From: an uncultured Clostridia bacterium
Lineage (GTDB): Bacteria > Bacillota > Clostridia > Oscillospirales > CAG-272
Direction: 5' to 3'
Assembly: GCA_944393415.1 (NCBI GenBank)
Contig: CALYAD010000028.1
Span: 9,247 to 73,246 of the forward strand
DNA length: 64,000 bases
A model generated the notes under the pieces. It made no database searches and was not told where the DNA came from. It was given only the letters and a program-made list of their open reading frames with translations. A program made the translations under genes and the position numbers. Positions 1 to 8,212 of the stretch are shown here, piece by piece (positions within the stretch are counted from its first letter, which is position 1; each line of letters opens with the position of its first letter).

Positions 1-164
1 TGAAATTTTTCGAAAATTTCTTTTTGCTCATCGGTGAAACTTTGCTCCAAGTCCTCGTGATGACGTGACATATAGCCGAGCAGTTCTTTCATTTCCTTTG
101 AATTTGTCCGACTGTCTTCTTGGGGTATAATGTTTCCGTGCCATAACTCTTGAATAATTGACAT
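1..164 (-). CDS. small mobile-element-associated protein, C-terminus cut by window edge
   Basis: Reverse strand from ATG at 162-164 reads MSIIQELWHGNIIPQEDSRTNSKEMKELLGYMSRHHEDLEQSFTDEQKEIFENF and runs off the window. The ATG overlaps the TGA of the upstream TnpV ORF (TGATG, 162-166), suggesting translational coupling. It resembles small conserved proteins I recall beside tnpV in clostridial mobile elements (memory only). Confidence 0.55.
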   Translation of the reverse strand, partial: MSIIQELWHGNIIPQEDSRTNSKEMKELLGYMSRHHEDLEQSFTDEQKEIFEKF

Positions 165-520
165 CATTGATAGATCACCTCCTGCAATACAATTTCTTCA
201 GCGCTTGCTTTGATGTTGTTCATCTCAGCAGTCCATTGAAGTGCGTTGTGAGCCTTCAGAACTTCGTCTACGCCGCGTTCTTGGACGAGGCGAGGAATTA
301 TGTCATCGAGCAAATTATGAGCTTGAATATCAATGGCGCGTAGGTATTCGTTTAATCGTCCTTCGGTGAGAAGTGTAGTGTACGTTCCGCGACGATGCCT
401 TTTCATAAAGTCAAGCCGCAGGTTGGCATATTTTCCGAGGGGATAGTTAGTCTGTTCGGGGAGCGCAAGGTCGGGGTAATAAAGTCCGTTATGTTCGGTA
501 TAAGTAATTTCGTTTTTCAT
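164..520 (-). CDS. tnpV: TnpV-family transposon-encoded protein
   Basis: 118-aa ORF. MKNEITYTEHNGLYYPDLALPEQTNYPLGKYANLRLDFMKRHRRGTYTTLLTEGRLNEYL matches my recollection of TnpV of Tn4451-type clostridial mobilisable transposons. Confidence 0.75.
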   Translation of the reverse strand: MKNEITYTEHNGLYYPDLALPEQTNYPLGKYANLRLDFMKRHRRGTYTTLLTEGRLNEYLRAIDIQAHNLLDDIIPRLVQERGVDEVLKAHNALQWTAEMNNIKASAEEIVLQEVIYQ

Positions 521-639
521 TATAAATATCCTTTCTTAAAAATGTTATTGTTTGGCATCAACTATCAAGGATATTTACTTAGGCGGTGCGCGGGCGTGAT
601 GCCAACAACAGCAAGTCAGCATCACATATCACCGAACAC

Positions 640-686
640 AAAAAGAAATCCGAACCCTTCGCCTACCGGCTTTGGGTTCGGATTTC
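640..686 (-). terminator. intrinsic terminator after tRNA-Leu
   Basis: On the minus strand the stem GAAATCCGAACCC (686-674) pairs with GGGTTCGGATTTC (657-645) and is followed by TTTTTGTG. Confidence 0.7.
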
Positions 687-693
687 TACTGTT

Positions 694-780
694 TGGTGCG
701 GGTAAGAGGACTTGAACCTCCACCGGGGAACCCCGACTAGAACCTGAATCTAGCGCGTCTGCCAATTCCGCCATACCCGC
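694..780 (-). tRNA. tRNA-Leu (anticodon CAG)
   Basis: The reverse complement GCGGGTATGGCGGAATTGGCAGACGCGCTAGATTCAGGTTCTAGTCGGGGTTCCCCGGTGGAGGTTCAAGTCCTCTTACCCGCACCA folds as an 87-nt class II cloverleaf. Anticodon stem is CTAGA/TCTAG, loop TTCAGGT, with a long variable arm and an encoded CCA. Confidence 0.93.
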
Positions 781-924
781 TTATGAAATACTGTTGTGGG
801 TTTGGCGGAATTTTTCCGCTCTTACCCGCTTATGAAATACTGTTGTGGGTTTGGCGGAATTTTTCCGCTCTTACCCGCTTATAAAATACTGTTGTGGGTA
901 TGGCGGAATTTTTCCGCTCTTACC
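772..924 (-). repeat. 3.1 tandem copies of a 49-bp unit (772-820, 821-869, 870-918, partial 919-924), each a degenerate copy of the tRNA-Leu 5' end plus a hairpin
   Basis: Plus-strand unit is cttacccgcttatgaaatactgttgtgggtttggcggaatttttccgct. Copies 1 and 2 are identical apart from the first 3 nt, and copy 3 differs at 2 positions. Copy 1 shares its first 9 nt with the genuine tRNA 5' end. Each unit contains the palindrome GCGGAAtttTTCCGC. Confidence 0.9.
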
Positions 925-974
925 TCATAAACAGTTGACCGAAAACGCTTATGCGTTTCAACGCTCGCTTTAGC

Positions 975-1003
975 ATTATATCATATCTGAGCGGATTTGT
1001 CAA
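975..1003 (-). promoter_or_regulatory. sigma-A consensus promoter reading into the repeat array and tRNA-Leu
   Basis: Minus strand: TTGACA (1003-998), a 17-nt spacer, then TATAAT (980-975). Confidence 0.75.
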
Positions 1004-1025
1004 GAGTGTTATGAAAAATTTTCCC

Positions 1026-1976
1026 TTATGGCGCCTTCTTTCTTAAAAACGGCTTTTTTCTTACCTCCTCGCGGCGTACAAAATCCAACGCACTCATGAT
1101 AACGTTTATCTCTGCCTTGCAGGTTGAGCCCGCATACTCTCCGTCAAGTGTCCAGTCAAGCGGCGAGGCTGATGTGAGCCTTACACTTTCTGTATGTGAA
1201 AAAACGATCCGATCTGGTCTGTATTTATGATTAACAAGCTGTCCCACGGTTTCGGTAAGCGCCATAAAGTTTTTCGGCTTACGGATCAGAATCAGTTCAA
1301 ATAATCCGTCGTTTACATGAACGTTGTTTTTATCAAGCTTTACAAGTCCCCCGAGCGAAGATGAATTTGTGACGGCTCCGAAAATATACTCCTGCTCTAT
1401 AATGGAGTCCGCAGTCTCTATCCGAAGTCTGAACGGTTTATAATTATTTAAGTCTGTCACGCTCATGATACCCTCAAATATATACGCCATATGACCGAAC
1501 ATATTTTTAAACCTCTGATCGGTAGCATAAGATACGCGGGTAAACATGCCAAAGGAAGCAACATAGGAAAAATAGCGCTTTTCTTCCTTATCGTTGATAA
1601 ACGCCCCCACGTCGATCGCGGAAATACCATCAGAGCCCGCCAGCCTGGCGCTCTTCCCTATTGATTTCGGAAGTCCGATTCCGGCGGCAAAGTCATTCGT
1701 TGATCCGGCCGGTATATAGCCTATCTCCGGGCGTTTCTCAAGCGTCATAAGACCGTTTATTACCTCGTTTAACGTACCGTCGCCGCCAACACACACGATT
1801 CGGTCATATCCTCCTGCACGTTCTGCCAGTTCAGTCGCGTGCCCGCGGTATTCGGTAAAATACGTTTCGACCGTCCATCCCTCGTCTCTTATCGTTTCCT
1901 CGATGGCTGAAAACACTTTTTTCTTTTTGCTTTTCCCGGAGCGTGGGTTTATGATCAGCATCAGCCTCTTTTCCAT
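1026..1976 (-). CDS. dagK: diacylglycerol/lipid kinase (YegS/DagK family)
   Basis: 316 aa. N-terminal LMLIINPRSGKSK and the GGDGTLNEV motif are typical of the DAGK catalytic domain. Confidence 0.85.
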   Translation of the reverse strand: MEKRLMLIINPRSGKSKKKKVFSAIEETIRDEGWTVETYFTEYRGHATELAERAGGYDRIVCVGGDGTLNEVINGLMTLEKRPEIGYIPAGSTNDFAAGIGLPKSIGKSARLAGSDGISAIDVGAFINDKEEKRYFSYVASFGMFTRVSYATDQRFKNMFGHMAYIFEGIMSVTDLNNYKPFRLRIETADSIIEQEYIFGAVTNSSSLGGLVKLDKNNVHVNDGLFELILIRKPKNFMALTETVGQLVNHKYRPDRIVFSHTESVRLTSASPLDWTLDGEYAGSTCKAEINVIMSALDFVRREEVRKKPFLRKKAP

Positions 1977-2149
1977 TAAAATTCTCCCTCTGATTTATTA
2001 ACGATCAATTATATTTTAGTTTATTTTAACACAATTTATTAATACACATATACTTATTTTTGAAAATAAAGCATTAACAAATTTATTCGGCATTTTTGAC
2101 TTAGCCTCCGCATATATTATAGTAAAAAATCCGAAGGAGTTGCATTGTA

Positions 2150-3733
2150 ATGAATAATTATATTCCAAGTTCGTCAACCGACGATATAAATACCGCTCTT
2201 ATGAAGGTATACGAGGGAATAAAGCATACTGAGATCGCGGAGGAATTTATCCTTCCGGACTATCTGCCAGACATTAAACGAATAATCCGCGTTGACGCGA
2301 AGCCCCGTATAGACGGTAAATTCATTACCGCCGGCAAAATAGATTACGAAGGCGACGTGGTCTGTCACCTGTTATTCTGCGACGACGACAACAGACTTAA
2401 GACCGTAACGTTTACCGCCGCGTTTTCCGACGGTATTGAGCTAAGCGAAGCGGACAACGAATGCATCGCTAATCTTCTCCCGGCTCCGTGCAGCTTAAAC
2501 TGCCGCATGCTTAATCCTCGCCGGGTCTCGCTGCGTCTCAGACTTGATACGGAGTGCACCGTGTGGTGCAACCGTTCCTTTCGTCCCGAAACCGTCGGCA
2601 ATCTTTCACCGTTCGGAGCGGAATCTCTGACAAAAGAGCTTGAAGTAATGAAGCTCATCTGCGCCGGAGAAAGCGGGCTGAATGCCTCCGCGGATCTTGA
2701 GGCTGACGGCGCGCTTCCCCAAATCGGAGAGGTTATCAGCTGCAATGTCGATATGAGCTTTTACGAATGCAAGGGCTCGGACGGCAAGGTGCTCTGCCGA
2801 GGTGATATGCCTATCACAGTGTTCTACAGCACTCCGGGAGAAAAAAACGAGGACGGCACCGATGGAAAGGAAAGCTACACCGTACTATACAGAAAGCTTC
2901 CGATCGCTCAGGTAGTCGGAGCCGACGGAGTTAATGAAAACTATGAATGTCTTGCCCGCGGCTCCATTGACGATATAAAAGTAAGCGTGGCTGAAAACGG
3001 ATTCGGCGAGAGACGTATCCTTGAGCTTGATATTACATACAGAATCTATCTCAACTGTGTATGTCGCGATGAGGTGACAGTAACCGAGGACATGTATGCA
3101 CTTGACCGTGACGTCACAGCCGAAACCGAAAAAAACGAATTCTGTTATCTCGCAAGAAGCTATGCGACATCCTTCGGAGCTAACGCGGTTATACCGCGCG
3201 CCGAACTCGACCTGACTGACGCCGACAATATATTTGAGGTGTCTTCTCAACCAAAAGTAAACGACGCGGTCCTTTCTGACGACCGGCGCAGACTTGTCGT
3301 AACCGGAGTTTCTCCAACCAGCGCCATAATATCCGGAAGCGACGGACTTTACAGCGTTGAATACGAAATACCGTTTAAGCTTGAGCTCGACGCCTCCGGA
3401 ATCCCTGAAAAGTTTATCTATAACTCCGACGCGGTATGTATGAGCGCACGCGGACGTCTGGACGGTGAAAACATATACACCGATCTCGAGCTGCAGATAA
3501 ATCTTATGATCCTTGGTGTAAATGAGACAGAAGTATTAAAAAAGGCAGAATTCACGGAAAAACAACCATCGGAAGACATACCGCAAATGCGCTTTTTTTA
3601 CCCATCAGACGATGAAACGCTATGGGATATCGGCAAGCGCTTCGGTGTGAGCAGGAGAGAGCTGGAGGAAGCCAACAAGCTCACAGGCAAAAAGCTGCCT
3701 GTGATACTGTTTATACCCACCGCTAAAAAATAA
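2150..3733 (+). CDS. DUF3794 (SPOCS-type) domain protein with C-terminal LysM domain; probable spore coat/cortex-associated protein
   Basis: 527 aa. The N-terminal EFILPDYLPDIKRIIRVDAKPRI pattern recurs, as I recall for DUF3794. The C-terminal FFYPSDDETLWDIGKRFGVSRRELEEANKL is a LysM motif. Confidence 0.7.
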   Translation: MNNYIPSSSTDDINTALMKVYEGIKHTEIAEEFILPDYLPDIKRIIRVDAKPRIDGKFITAGKIDYEGDVVCHLLFCDDDNRLKTVTFTAAFSDGIELSEADNECIANLLPAPCSLNCRMLNPRRVSLRLRLDTECTVWCNRSFRPETVGNLSPFGAESLTKELEVMKLICAGESGLNASADLEADGALPQIGEVISCNVDMSFYECKGSDGKVLCRGDMPITVFYSTPGEKNEDGTDGKESYTVLYRKLPIAQVVGADGVNENYECLARGSIDDIKVSVAENGFGERRILELDITYRIYLNCVCRDEVTVTEDMYALDRDVTAETEKNEFCYLARSYATSFGANAVIPRAELDLTDADNIFEVSSQPKVNDAVLSDDRRRLVVTGVSPTSAIISGSDGLYSVEYEIPFKLELDASGIPEKFIYNSDAVCMSARGRLDGENIYTDLELQINLMILGVNETEVLKKAEFTEKQPSEDIPQMRFFYPSDDETLWDIGKRFGVSRRELEEANKLTGKKLPVILFIPTAKK

Positions 3734-3738
3734 CTCAA

Positions 3739-3773
3739 AACAGGCTGATATTTATTGCTCATATCAGCCTGTT
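3739..3773. terminator. bidirectional hairpin terminator between convergent genes
   Basis: AACAGGCTGATAT (3739-3751) pairs with ATATCAGCCTGTT (3761-3773). T-rich tracts follow on both strands. Confidence 0.65.
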
Positions 3774-3850
3774 ATTGTTTATGTTCTCGGTATTTGTCAT
3801 TTTCAATATTCAAACTCACATTTATTGCACTTTATAAAAGCAAATCATAA

Positions 3851-4771
3851 TCATAAATTATTTTCCGTGCTGAGTCGGATGGGCTTATCTGTGTATTTAC
3901 GCATATCGATAACATAATCGGCAAAATTTTGCGGTTCAAGGAATTCTCCGTTTGTATATCCCGCACTTAATCCGAGACGGCAGTATTTGGATAAACCGAT
4001 CGGATGATAAGGCTCCAGCTCTATCGCTTGAACCGACGGCAGCCGATCGGCAAGCTTGGCAACAGCCTCAAAATGGCTTCCGCGCATATTCAGATCCGGA
4101 ATGATCGGACAGCGAAGTATTATCTTTGCTTTCAATTTATCAAGAGTACTTAGGTTTTCAAAGATAGTTTTATTTGACACCCCGGTATATTTCTGATGCA
4201 GATCGTCATCCGTTTCTTTAATATCGAACAAAAACAAATCAGTCGTCTCCGAGATAGAAGCAATCGAAGCATTCGTGCCATATCCCGAGGTTTCAACACA
4301 TGTGTGAATCCCGCTTTCTTTCGCTTTTTTTAAAATCGCATAGCTGAATGCCGGTTGCATCAGCGGTTCGCCTCCCGAAAGGGTCAATCCTCCCATATCT
4401 CCGAAAAAAGGTTTGTCTACAATAATTTCCCGGATAATATCCTCCGTATTTACTAAACAGCCTGTTATTTCAAGCGCGCGCTGAGGACAGCAGCGCGCGC
4501 AGTGACCGCAAACAGTACAATTTCTTCTGTCAAAAAAATGTTTTTTATTTATGATCCGATGACAGCCGTGAACACAAGTCTCAGCGCATTTTCCGCAGCC
4601 CAAGCAGCGTTCTGAGTAATAAAGCGCCTGTGATTTCGGGCTTATTCCTTCAGGATTGTGACACCACAAGCAACGCAGAGGACAACCTTTCAGATATACA
4701 ACCGTGCGTATTCCCGGCCCGTCGTATGCGGCAAGATGCTGGATGTCAAATATTCTTCCCATGATTTCCAT
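3851..4771 (-). CDS. glycyl-radical enzyme activating protein (radical SAM, with two auxiliary ferredoxin-like clusters)
   Basis: DGPGIRT, the CPLRCLWCHNPE (CxxxCxxC) motif, plus CLGCGKCAETC and CTVCGHCARCCP, and GGEPL. The ORF extends to 4783, but that ATG directly abuts the AAAGGA Shine-Dalgarno, so the ATG at 4771 is more plausible. Confidence 0.88.
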   Translation of the reverse strand: MEIMGRIFDIQHLAAYDGPGIRTVVYLKGCPLRCLWCHNPEGISPKSQALYYSERCLGCGKCAETCVHGCHRIINKKHFFDRRNCTVCGHCARCCPQRALEITGCLVNTEDIIREIIVDKPFFGDMGGLTLSGGEPLMQPAFSYAILKKAKESGIHTCVETSGYGTNASIASISETTDLFLFDIKETDDDLHQKYTGVSNKTIFENLSTLDKLKAKIILRCPIIPDLNMRGSHFEAVAKLADRLPSVQAIELEPYHPIGLSKYCRLGLSAGYTNGEFLEPQNFADYVIDMRKYTDKPIRLSTENNL

Positions 4772-4849
4772 CGCTATTACCATTCCTTTTTGTACAGGGC
4801 TCGGCGTTTTACCCGTTGTGTATTCGGCAAAGTATTTGATGCGGGGATA

Positions 4850-6892
4850 TTAACATCCTAACCGCGCGCGTGCTATGAGCGCATCCTGCATCGTTTTGTT
4901 AAGCCTAACAAACGGTTCGGTATGTCCGCTTATACGGATAAGCAGGTCGGTATATTGTTCGGGATGCCGTTGCGCATCGAGCAGAACGTCGGGGTTTGCA
5001 ATATTGACCTGTATATGCGTTCCACCCTCGTTCAGATATGTTTCCACCATATGTCTGACAACCGAACGGCCCTTTTGTGTTTTCAGCAGGTCAGCCATCA
5101 GATTGACCGTCTGCGGCGCGCCGATCGGGAACAAGACCATCGGCAGCGACGCCGAAGATATCAGAACCTTTGTGATGTCGCGGTGCTGAAGCAGTTCGCC
5201 GGCGGAAGCGCCGTAAGAGTAGCGGTCGCCGATCCTTCGCCCATCCGGGGTAGCAGGCAGATCGCGGGTATATATATCGCCTGTAAAAATAAAGAGAGCG
5301 GGCAGCATTATGACACGTTCGTCAAATTTGTAATTACGAACCAGTTCGTGCATAAAGCGGGCTTCACTTGAGGCAAGCTCATTGCTGTACGGATCACCCG
5401 AGCCGAAACGCTTTGGGTATGCCCGCAACTCATAAAGGACGCTTTCATCGGGAAAATTATTTGCAGTCTGCTTACGCAGATATTGTAATGTCCATGTCCG
5501 AGTGTCATAAACAAAATGTTTTATACATAAAAGAGAATCTACCAAGGTTCCGATGCCTCCGAAAAGAACCGAAAATATATTATTTTTGGCACCGTATTGC
5601 TCCGGCAAGCGAAGCTTTTCCACACAACCGTCCATAATGCAGGCGCAGAACGGGCTGGCCGAGCGTAATTCAATATCATTTTTGCGTCTGTCCGCAAATT
5701 TCGGGAGAGCTTTTTCCATGTAGCTTTTTTTAAGGTAATCTCTCCATGCCGTCCTTAGCGTTTCAAATGTATTATAAGCCTCGTCAATGGCAAAAAAATC
5801 CGAAAATTCTTTTGCTAAAACTATGTTTCCCGAAATTGTTCCCCCGAAAGTATTACCGTACGGAGTCGCTTCATAGCACCCGACATTGCAAAATGTATTC
5901 GCATCTTTTTCGTCAAATCCGGATTTCTTCAAAGCTTCAATCAACAAGGAGTCATTCAGAAAAGCCGGCATTCCTCCGCCGCATGCCAACAGATCCATGG
6001 CATCCTCCCAAATATCGTCCGAAGTATCACGGCGAATTTTGAGCGAGACGGAGGGCTGTTCTTTATGCACGATCGTCTGTGCCTGCAAAAACAGACGGGT
6101 AAGCTCATTCTCGGCGCAATTCCCGTTTTCGTCTGAGCCGCCGAGCACGATATTCTGAGTATCGCGCTCTATCGTTTCAAACGCCAAATAAAAATGACAA
6201 ATGATCGCTCTGGCTTTGTCCCTATCCAATTTCCCGAGACGGATATCCTCTGTGTACAGTTTATTTAGAGTTCTGTCAAGATTACCGAGAGTTATGGTAT
6301 CCGTATACGGCTTTAAATGAATGTAACAATGCGCAAACCAGATCAGCTGCAGCCCCTGTATAAATGACGAGGGCTTATGAGCACAGATATACCGTATATC
6401 TTCGGAAATACGCAGGAGATTATCCTTACGTGCTTCCGAGGAAACCGCGATTTGCTCCTCTGCGGCCTGAGCGTGTCTGTACATATAGCTGATAAACAAG
6501 TCGAGCGTCTCGAGGAAAGCGCTTTTATTTTTCCTGCCTGTCTCATCTGACGGCAGAGCGGCATTTATTTTCTCCCTCAGCCCGTCAACACCCCGTTCTA
6601 TGAGTTCAGCATAATCGGGACAATAGTGTCCGATATCATACCTCAAACCGGCAATATCACCGGGCAGACGAAAATATCCGCCCGCGCCGGCAAAATACAA
6701 GTCAGGGCAAACATAACCCGAAAAGTCGCGGTCATAAAGGCGCAGGTATTCCATAACCTTATCCAGAGCCGTTCCGTCCGGATAACGACGCCCTGCTTCC
6801 TCTAAACAGGCAATGCGCAAGTTATGATCCGCTGCATTGTGCTCGTGCGCTGATTTATGAATATTATTTCTCAAATTCCCGATCGATTCCAT
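4850..6892 (-). CDS. glycyl radical enzyme, short form, dehydratase/eliminase-like thiyl loop, substrate unknown
   Basis: C-terminal LLIRISGHTEPFVRL holds the radical Gly (codon 4925-4927). The thiyl loop FCNVGCYEATPYG holds the Cys (codon 5876-5878). Central NIVLGG and MPAFLND blocks are typical of the PFL-like fold. The ORF extends to 6922; GGGGAGGA precedes the ATGs at 6898 and 6892. Confidence 0.85.
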   Translation of the reverse strand: MESIGNLRNNIHKSAHEHNAADHNLRIACLEEAGRRYPDGTALDKVMEYLRLYDRDFSGYVCPDLYFAGAGGYFRLPGDIAGLRYDIGHYCPDYAELIERGVDGLREKINAALPSDETGRKNKSAFLETLDLFISYMYRHAQAAEEQIAVSSEARKDNLLRISEDIRYICAHKPSSFIQGLQLIWFAHCYIHLKPYTDTITLGNLDRTLNKLYTEDIRLGKLDRDKARAIICHFYLAFETIERDTQNIVLGGSDENGNCAENELTRLFLQAQTIVHKEQPSVSLKIRRDTSDDIWEDAMDLLACGGGMPAFLNDSLLIEALKKSGFDEKDANTFCNVGCYEATPYGNTFGGTISGNIVLAKEFSDFFAIDEAYNTFETLRTAWRDYLKKSYMEKALPKFADRRKNDIELRSASPFCACIMDGCVEKLRLPEQYGAKNNIFSVLFGGIGTLVDSLLCIKHFVYDTRTWTLQYLRKQTANNFPDESVLYELRAYPKRFGSGDPYSNELASSEARFMHELVRNYKFDERVIMLPALFIFTGDIYTRDLPATPDGRRIGDRYSYGASAGELLQHRDITKVLISSASLPMVLFPIGAPQTVNLMADLLKTQKGRSVVRHMVETYLNEGGTHIQVNIANPDVLLDAQRHPEQYTDLLIRISGHTEPFVRLNKTMQDALIARARLGC

Positions 6893-6948
6893 ATCCATGA
6901 TCCTCCCCTTCCGAATAAGCATTCTGTATAGATTAAATTATAAAAGTT

Positions 6949-7662
6949 TCATTCTTTATACCCTCTGATTTCTCTGTAGCCCAATTCATGCGACAAAGCG
7001 CCGGTTTCCTTGATCAAAACTTCAGCGTACTTCCCGATCATTTCCTCCATGCTGTGATTAACGGTCAGCGAGGCGATATTGACAGCCGCAATTATATTGC
7101 CGGTATAATCAAAAACAGGAGCCGCAAGACACAAAACGCCACGTCCGTATTCCTCGCGGTCAATTGCGTAGCCGTTTATTATCACATCGGAAAGCGACGG
7201 ATCATTGCATCTGAAAGCTTTGAAAACCTTGCCGGGCGCCGTGGTATCTAACGGATATGAAGCGCCTACCTGTCCCCGTATTCCGGCTATCGATTTTGAT
7301 TCCATCTGTGCGATATACACCAGAGAATCCTCATATAAAACCGCTAATTGAATGCATTCTCCGGTATAATCGTTCAGTTTCTTCAGATATTTGTCAGCAC
7401 AACAGGTCAGTGTTTTTTTCTTAAGCGCGGAGCTGCTCAGGCGAAACAGCTGAAGTGATAATGAGTACTGACCCGTACGGTTATTCATTATCACCCATCC
7501 CGCGCCTGTGAGTTCGGATAACGCGCGCGAAAGCATATTTTTATTAATATTTGTGCGGCTGCTGATCTCGGAGAGCCCGATAGCGTCTTCAGCTTCAGCC
7601 AGACATTCAATAATTTTTATTGTCGCGGTCGCCGCGGGCGCGCGGCGCTTTTGATCGTCCAT
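6949..7662 (-). CDS. IclR-family transcriptional regulator
   Basis: N-terminal winged HTH (IKIIECLAEAEDAIGLSEISSRTNINKNMLSRALSELTGAGWV) with a C-terminal IclR-type effector domain. The ATG at 7662 is preceded by GGAGGA; the track ORF begins at an upstream TTG (7683). Confidence 0.85.
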   Translation of the reverse strand: MDDQKRRAPAATATIKIIECLAEAEDAIGLSEISSRTNINKNMLSRALSELTGAGWVIMNNRTGQYSLSLQLFRLSSSALKKKTLTCCADKYLKKLNDYTGECIQLAVLYEDSLVYIAQMESKSIAGIRGQVGASYPLDTTAPGKVFKAFRCNDPSLSDVIINGYAIDREEYGRGVLCLAAPVFDYTGNIIAAVNIASLTVNHSMEEMIGKYAEVLIKETGALSHELGYREIRGYKE

Positions 7663-7721
7663 CTTAATCCTCCATGCCGCCAAAGGCTGCTTAAAAATCG
7701 TTTTAATCGGTTTTTAACAGA

Positions 7722-7935
7722 TATAAAAAATTTTAGTGTTTTGCTCCGCAAAAAAATTTATACGTGAAACCATCTGCATTTTAACGAGATGTAATATTTC
7801 TTTCACGCTAATCTTTCGCGCTTGGCAAATACTCACCTTGTGAGTATTTGCCAAGCAAAAGTACTGTGTACTTTAAGAAAATTTGAGCGTGAAACTGTCT
7901 GCATTATGATGCGATCAGATTGATCTTTCACGCTA
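7722..7935 (+). repeat. cluster of three large hairpins, related to dispersed copies at 53495-53550 (inverted), 56741-56790 and 37965-38000
   Basis: Hairpin 1 is CGTGAAA..TTTCACG (7763-7807) enclosing CATCT..AGATG. Hairpin 2 is CTTGGCAAATACTCAC/GTGAGTATTTGCCAAG (7821-7855). Hairpin 3 is GCGTGAAA..TTTCACGC (7887-7932). The leader aaaaaattttagtgttttgctccgcaaaaaaa recurs elsewhere in the window. Confidence 0.8.
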
Positions 7936-8099
7936 TCCTCTTCTGCAGCTCAATTAGATTTGTATGTAATATATATGTAACTATAATATAAATATATCAC
8001 ATTTTTACTGAAAAGTCAATACTATTAATAAAATTTATTCTGGAAGATTCGAGGCAGTTATTTTACCGGTACCTGAAGTGCCGGAGCTAAACAGGCTAT

Positions 8100-8149
8100 A
8101 ATATAAAAGGAAGCGGCTGCTCAAGTACCTTTCGGTAAAGAACAACCGC
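8100..8149 (-). terminator. intrinsic terminator of the ABC transporter gene
   Basis: Stem 8113-8122 / 8140-8149 pairs perfectly only on the minus-strand RNA, where two G-U wobbles replace the C-A clashes seen on the plus strand. It is followed by a TTCCTTTTATATT tract. Confidence 0.6.
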
Positions 8150-8212
8150 TTTTTGCTGAAAATCAGCATTATATCTAATTCAATATTCGTTTACGGATTT
8201 TTGTGACACGAT

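Larger units (their letters stand above)
1..640 (-). mobile_element. edge of an integrated mobile element (TnpV-type) abutting the 3' side of tRNA-Leu; exact boundary not resolved
   Basis: Two coupled mobile-element genes lie directly downstream of the 3' end of a tRNA gene, which is a classical integration target. No integrase or att duplication is visible inside the window. Confidence 0.45.

Noticed and set aside
395-715. 106-aa plus-strand ORF
   Set aside because: It overlaps the tnpV 5' end, the tRNA terminator and the tRNA-Leu gene itself. It has no SD and low-complexity content.
772-924. Possible CRISPR array, given regularly spaced repeats with a hairpin
   Set aside because: The 49-bp units are contiguous and near-identical over their whole length. 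There are no unique spacers, only about 3 copies, and no cas genes.
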